Source of the DNA: Candidatus Danuiimicrobium aquiferis
GTDB lineage: Bacteria; Omnitrophota; Omnitrophia; Omnitrophales; Danuiimicrobiaceae
Direction of reading: 5' to 3'
Length of the DNA: 64,000 bases
NCBI GenBank assembly: GCA_001804285.1
Contig: MHFR01000060.1
Location: 34,442-98,441, forward strand
Under the pieces are notes generated by a model. That model saw only the letters and a list, made by a program, of their open reading frames with translations, was not told where the DNA came from and searched no databases. The first letter of the stretch is position 1; each line of letters opens with the position of its first letter. Positions 59,143 to 64,000 of the stretch are shown piece by piece. A program made the translations under genes and the position numbers.

Positions 59143-60482
59143 TGAGAAATCCTCTTGAGTTCCGAAACGAACCGATCCATTTCTGCCTTTGATTTGGTTT
59201 CAGTCGCGCAAAAAACCGTTTGGTTCTTTAAGGTGGGATAAAATCTTTCAAGATCAAGGCCGCCGATCATTCCTCGTTTACGCAATTCCCCGTTTATCTT
59301 CTGTATCGGTTTCGAAAATTTCACGACAAACTCGTTAAAGATAGTTCCTTTCGTTAAAACTTCGATTCCGGGTACCGCGCCAAGTGAATCCCGCAAATAA
59401 TTCGCATTCTCCAAATTCAGCTCCGCAATTTGCTTCACACCGGACTCGCCTAACGTCGCTAAATAAACACAGGCCATCATGGCACAAAGCGCCTGATTGG
59501 AACAAATATTCGACGGCGCTTTTTCGCGCCGGATATGCTGCTCGCGCGCCTGCAGTGTCAAACAAAACGCCCGTCGGCCTTCATGGTCTTTCGTCATCCC
59601 AACCAATCTTCCCGGAATACGCCTCATCAGAGCTTTCGTCGTCACTAAATATCCCAGCCATGGTCCGCCGAAACCGGGAACAATACCGAGCGGCTGCCCT
59701 TCTCCGCAAGCAATATCTGCGTGCCATTCTCCGGGACTTTTGAAAAATCCAAAGGAAAGAGGATGTCCCATCATAATGAGAAGCGAACCGTTTGCGTGCA
59801 CCAGCTTTTCAATTTCCGTCAAGTCTTCGACAAGGCCAAAAAAGTTCGGAGATTGAATAACCACCGCGGCAATTTCCGGGCTGAGCTTCTTTTTAAAATC
59901 GTTCAAATCAAATGCAAAATCTGGAGAAAACGAAACTTCTTCTAAAACCCCATGCGTTCCCTGTAAATAAGTTCTCGCCACCAACCGATATTCGGGATGG
60001 ACGGAAGATGCGATGAGGATATTATTCCGCCGGGTATGATTCAATGCCATCATCAAGGATTCGGCAAGGGCTGTTGCTCCGTCGTAATGCGAACCGTTCG
60101 AAACCTCGAGCCCCGTTAGCTCACACATCAGACTTTGATATTCAAACAACATTTGGAGCGATCCCTGAGAAGCCTCGGGCTGATAGGGCGTATAGGCTGT
60201 ATAAAACTCAGACCTGCTCACCACATGACGGACAATCGAGGGAATAAAATGTTCATAACATCCGCTTCCCAAAAATGAAAGATTCTGCTTTAACGTAATA
60301 TTTTGGCCGGCTAATTCGCAAAACCATTTTTGCGCATCAAGTTCACTTAATGCTTCCGGCAAATTTATTTTCGGATTCCTCAGTTTTTCGGGAATGCATT
60401 TGAGCATCTCGCCGAAATGTTGGACTCCGATTTCAGCAAGCATTTGGTGTTGATCTTCGGAAGTTAAGGGAAAGTTTTCCAT
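59139..60482 (-). CDS. gcvPA: glycine dehydrogenase subunit 1
   Basis: TAYTPYQPEASQG, REQHIRREKA.SNICSN. Confidence 0.97.
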   Translation of the reverse strand: MENFPLTSEDQHQMLAEIGVQHFGEMLKCIPEKLRNPKINLPEALSELDAQKWFCELAGQNITLKQNLSFLGSGCYEHFIPSIVRHVVSRSEFYTAYTPYQPEASQGSLQMLFEYQSLMCELTGLEVSNGSHYDGATALAESLMMALNHTRRNNILIASSVHPEYRLVARTYLQGTHGVLEEVSFSPDFAFDLNDFKKKLSPEIAAVVIQSPNFFGLVEDLTEIEKLVHANGSLLIMMGHPLSFGFFKSPGEWHADIACGEGQPLGIVPGFGGPWLGYLVTTKALMRRIPGRLVGMTKDHEGRRAFCLTLQAREQHIRREKAPSNICSNQALCAMMACVYLATLGESGVKQIAELNLENANYLRDSLGAVPGIEVLTKGTIFNEFVVKFSKPIQKINGELRKRGMIGGLDLERFYPTLKNQTVFCATETKSKAEMDRFVSELKRISQ

Positions 60483-60489
60483 CAGCTGA

Positions 60490-60876
60490 CTAAACTCCCT
60501 GTTTAATCACTTGCTCATATTGAGCACTTGTCATCAGGGAATCCCACTCCTCGACATTCGAGGGTGATAATTCAAACAACCAAGCGCTGCCATAAGGATC
60601 CCGATTGATCAACCCGGGATCCGATTCAAGAGCGGTATTGATGGCTTTAATGACACCGCTCATCGGGGCATAAATATCGAAAGCGGCCTTCACAGATTCG
60701 ACGATACAAACCGGTTTTCCGCTTTCAATCGAATTGCCGACATGCGGAAGCTCGACATAAACGACATCTGTAATTTCATGTTGCGCATATTCCGTGATTC
60801 CTACTTTAATCACATTCCCGTCCCGCCTCACCCACTCATGCGTCTTCGTGTAACGCAATTCATTCGGATAATTCAT
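60490..60876 (-). CDS. gcvH: glycine cleavage H protein
   Basis: YTKTHEW, VESVKAA lipoyl-lysine, DPYG..W. Confidence 0.97.
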   Translation of the reverse strand: MNYPNELRYTKTHEWVRRDGNVIKVGITEYAQHEITDVVYVELPHVGNSIESGKPVCIVESVKAAFDIYAPMSGVIKAINTALESDPGLINRDPYGSAWLFELSPSNVEEWDSLMTSAQYEQVIKQGV

Positions 60877-60879
60877 CCT

Positions 60880-60990
60880 ATCACCTGTTTGAGTAAGAGC
60901 GCCTGTTTGATATCGCCTGTTTGCGCTCTTACCCTTTTTAAAAAAAGAGTCCGCGATTTTTTACAAATCGCGGAACAAACAGGCAATGGG
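60880..60990 (-). promoter_or_regulatory. structured gcvT-gcvH intercistronic region
   Basis: terminator-like TCCGCGATTT/AAATCGCGGA hairpin; three CAAACAGG copies and one inverted copy. Confidence 0.55.
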
Positions 60991-61009
60991 ATCATAGAAT
61001 TTCCTATTT

Positions 61010-62131
61010 TCATTTTTGCCTTTTATAAAACGGCGTTTGAATAATTTTTGCCGGATGTAAATTTCCTCGGACTTCGACATCGATATTTTGCCCCACTTGT
61101 GAATAAGGAACTGCAATCAATCCCAGTCCGATATTTTTTTTCAATGTCGGCGAATAGGTACCGCTCGTCACACGTCCGACCGCATCTTCATTTACTTTCA
61201 ACACACAACCTTCACGAGCAATTCCACGACCGACTATTTCAAATCCGACAAGTTTGTGTTTAAGCCCCGCTTCGCGTTGACGCTTCAACGCTTCAAACCC
61301 GATAAAATCTTCTTTCCCCCATCCAATCGCCCACGAAAGCCCCGCTTCAAGCGGTGTAATATCATCTGTCAATTCATGACCGTAAAGACACATTTTTGCT
61401 TCAAGCCTTAATGTATCTCGAGCACCGAAACCGATTGGCTTTAGCCCCATGGGAGCGCCGTGTTCAAAAAATCTCTGCCACAAAGTCACAACCTGATGAA
61501 TGGGGCAAAAAATCTCATAACCCTTTTCACCCGTATAGCCTGTTTCGGATAAAATAATTTCGCCCAAATCCGTTTGAAACGCTTGAAAATGATAATAGGC
61601 CAGTCCTGCTAAATTTCTCGAGAAAACTTTTTCAACGAGATCCTTGGAAAGCGGCCCTTGAACCGAAAGCATTCCGGTTTCAGGGCTCTTGTCCTGCAGT
61701 ACCACATCGAGACTACGATGAGAACCGAACCATGCAAAATCTTTTTCTACATTGGAAGCATTGACCACAATCAAATACCGGTCAACTGCCATTTCATAGA
61801 CAAGGACGTCGTCTACTGTCCCGCCATTTTCACGACAAACGGGACTATATAAAATACGCCCCGGCCAAAGTTTTTCAATATCGTTTGTAATCCATTGATT
61901 CACCAATCGCCGGGCATTTGCCCCGCTCACAAAAAACTCTCCCATGTGGGAAATATCAAAAATCCCGACTGAATGTCTGACTGCCTGATGTTCTTCAATA
62001 ATACTGGTATACTGGATAGGAACAAGCCAACTGCCGAACGCACCGATTCGGGCACCTAATCGTTCGTGTTCTTTGTGTAGCGGCAATTTTTTCAGGTTTG
62101 TTACTTCGTCATGCACTATCGTATCGCTCAT
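61010..62131 (-). CDS. gcvT: glycine cleavage aminomethyltransferase
   Basis: FDISHMGE, TGYTGE.GYE, GARDTLRLEA. Confidence 0.97.
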   Translation of the reverse strand: MSDTIVHDEVTNLKKLPLHKEHERLGARIGAFGSWLVPIQYTSIIEEHQAVRHSVGIFDISHMGEFFVSGANARRLVNQWITNDIEKLWPGRILYSPVCRENGGTVDDVLVYEMAVDRYLIVVNASNVEKDFAWFGSHRSLDVVLQDKSPETGMLSVQGPLSKDLVEKVFSRNLAGLAYYHFQAFQTDLGEIILSETGYTGEKGYEIFCPIHQVVTLWQRFFEHGAPMGLKPIGFGARDTLRLEAKMCLYGHELTDDITPLEAGLSWAIGWGKEDFIGFEALKRQREAGLKHKLVGFEIVGRGIAREGCVLKVNEDAVGRVTSGTYSPTLKKNIGLGLIAVPYSQVGQNIDVEVRGNLHPAKIIQTPFYKRQK

Positions 62132-62319
62132 TATAAATAAGTCCGGTTTCCTTAAAATAATTTAAAATAAACGAGTAGAATTGTACCAGAATCTCAGAAT
62201 TTATTGTATGTAAATTTTAGATTGATTTTAGGTTGAATCTCTCTTTGGTCGAAGGAACCGTCCAAAGGTAACTGTTTATTAGGAAATTCTCAGAGAAAAC
62301 AAGGCTGGTATCTCAGTGT

Positions 62320-63231
62320 TTACGTTTCCAGATGGTCAATCAAGTATTGAAAATCTTTCGGGATTTTGGATTCGAAAGAAACATGCTGCTTGGTTTTCGG
62401 GTGCTGAAATCCAAGCAATTTCGCATGAAGCGCCTGACGATGAATAAATTGCGAGTTAATTCCATACACCGAATCACCCAAAACAGGATAGCCCAAACTC
62501 CTTAAATGAACCCGGATTTGATGGGTTCGCCCCGTTTGGGGACGCGCTTCAAGTAAAGTTGCTTTTTTAAAACGTTTGAGAATCCGGAAATTGGTAACCG
62601 CTTCTTTCCCATCGCCTGAAACCGCCACAATCACTTTCTTCCGATTCATGGGCGACCGGGCAAGCGGATCCGAACACTTCATCTCATCATGCTGAACCAC
62701 ACCGCCAACCACCACCCAGTAAATTCTTTCAATATGGTGCGACGAAAATTGATTCGCCAACATTCGGTGAGCCTGATCGTTTTTTGCAATCACAAGCACC
62801 CCCGAAGTATCTTTATCTAACCGGTGGACGATTCCAGGCCTGGCGGCATCACCGACTGTCGAAAGAGATTGGGTATGAAAAAGAAGAGCGTTAACGAGTG
62901 TCCCATCCGGATTTCCGCAGGCAGGATGGACTACCATTCCCGCCGGCTTATCCACAACGATAATCTCTTCGTCCTCATAAAGGATGGTAATCGGGATGTC
63001 TTCCGCGCGCGTCACTTCATCCAGAATAATTTCATATGCAATCGTAATTTGATCACCCGCACAAATATGCGTATGCGCTTTCACGGTCTTGCCGTTGAGT
63101 TCCACCTGGCCCTGTTCGATCAGTTGCTTGATCTTACTCCGGGAAAATTGGATGGCAAATTCTTGCGCAAGGAAATAATCCAAACGCTGATTTGCCTGTT
63201 CAGTTTTAACGATAACTATTTTTTTTTCCAT
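62320..63231 (-). CDS. rluD: RluA/RluD-family pseudouridine synthase
   Basis: S4 domain, KPAGMVVHP, HRLDKDTSG, TGRTHQIRVH. Confidence 0.93.
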   Translation of the reverse strand: MEKKIVIVKTEQANQRLDYFLAQEFAIQFSRSKIKQLIEQGQVELNGKTVKAHTHICAGDQITIAYEIILDEVTRAEDIPITILYEDEEIIVVDKPAGMVVHPACGNPDGTLVNALLFHTQSLSTVGDAARPGIVHRLDKDTSGVLVIAKNDQAHRMLANQFSSHHIERIYWVVVGGVVQHDEMKCSDPLARSPMNRKKVIVAVSGDGKEAVTNFRILKRFKKATLLEARPQTGRTHQIRVHLRSLGYPVLGDSVYGINSQFIHRQALHAKLLGFQHPKTKQHVSFESKIPKDFQYLIDHLET

Positions 63232-63959
63232 ATTTGAAGAAAATAAATTAAAAATGGGATGCAGACAAACAAGATTCCCAAACTGATCCACTGGGAAACA
63301 GTTAGACTGAGCCACCATTTTTCATTGTCACCCCGGAGGAATTCGATAAAAAATCGAAAAACAGAATAACCCGCAAAATACACGAAAGAAACAAAGCCCA
63401 CGCGCGACCGGTTTTTCCAAATCAAATATAAAAGGATTGCCAGTACAAAACAAAATGCTGACTCATACAGCTGCACGGGATGCACAGGCCCCGCCGGAAA
63501 TGGAAATTGGACGCCCCATGGCAATGTCGTGGATTTCCCAAAACAGCAGCCATTCAAAAAACAACCGATCCGGCCGAATCCTTGCGCGATTGCAAGGCCC
63601 GGAACAAATAAATCCAACAATTTCCAAATATTCAATTTTTTTCTAAAAACATAAACGCAAAATCCGATAACACCGCCTATCAATCCTCCGTAATAGACAA
63701 GCCCGCCCTCCCAAATTTTTAACATATCAACCGGATTGGCCTCATAAAGTTTCCAGAACTGAACGACATAAAAAATACGCGCATTTAAAAAACCTGCAAA
63801 AATCGTTACAAAAGCAAGGTCAACCATCGTTTCAGAGGAAAGATTTACCCGTTTTGCGTGCCGGCGAAGAAACAAAATCGCACACAACACACCGACCGCA
63901 ACGGCCGCGCCGTAAGAATAAATGGTCAAAAATCCGATAGAAAATAATTTGGGATACAT
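63216..63959 (-). CDS. lgt: prolipoprotein diacylglyceryl transferase
   Basis: IWEGGL..YGG, GRIGCFLNGCC.G, HPVQLYE, RFFIEFLR. Confidence 0.95.
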   Translation of the reverse strand: MYPKLFSIGFLTIYSYGAAVAVGVLCAILFLRRHAKRVNLSSETMVDLAFVTIFAGFLNARIFYVVQFWKLYEANPVDMLKIWEGGLVYYGGLIGGVIGFCVYVFRKKLNIWKLLDLFVPGLAIAQGFGRIGCFLNGCCFGKSTTLPWGVQFPFPAGPVHPVQLYESAFCFVLAILLYLIWKNRSRVGFVSFVYFAGYSVFRFFIEFLRGDNEKWWLSLTVSQWISLGILFVCIPFLIYFLQIWKKK

Positions 63960-64000
63960 TAGCGCCCCCGAAATGCCAGCCACAGAAACAAACAAACCCC

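Noticed and set aside
62132-62319. Glycine riboswitch upstream of gcvT
   Set aside because: Aptamer-like words (GTCGAAGGA, TTCTCAG) are on the wrong strand and no aptamer could be built on the minus strand

Overview
Bacterial chromosomal segment, almost entirely minus-strand housekeeping genes. A PVC-superphylum origin (Omnitrophota-like) is inferred from the gene set and is not proven. Core blocks are murJ-CDF-tatC; yicC-gmk-rpoZ-coaC-coaB; a PyrR-attenuated pyrR-B-C-carA-carB-pyrK-D-F operon; rnpB; lptF; divergent gshA/gshB; mraZ-STAS-rsmH-ftsL-ftsI; rplU-rpmA-obg-proB-proA-nadD plus two CNNM genes; pcrA; lgt-rluD; and gcvT-H-PA-PB with a lipoate ligase. Accessory parts are an AbiEii-like toxin/HTH pair and two islets lying 3' of tRNA-Cys and tRNA-Pro. 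No integrase, transposase, CRISPR or rRNA was seen. Most unusual observations: (1) both tRNA genes are flanked by hairpins that reuse that tRNA's own acceptor stem and flank but carry unrelated interiors; (2) a coupled three-gene operon led by a ParA ATPase fused to a glycogen-binding CBM48, a candidate glycogen-granule positioning system; (3) a TTAG-bounded ~195-bp MITE in six copies that supplies stop codons or C-termini to core genes; (4) a 77-nt insertion in RNase P RNA; (5) tandem NrdR-like boxes and a STAS gene at the dcw cluster. All calls come from reading motifs by eye; no database searches were run.
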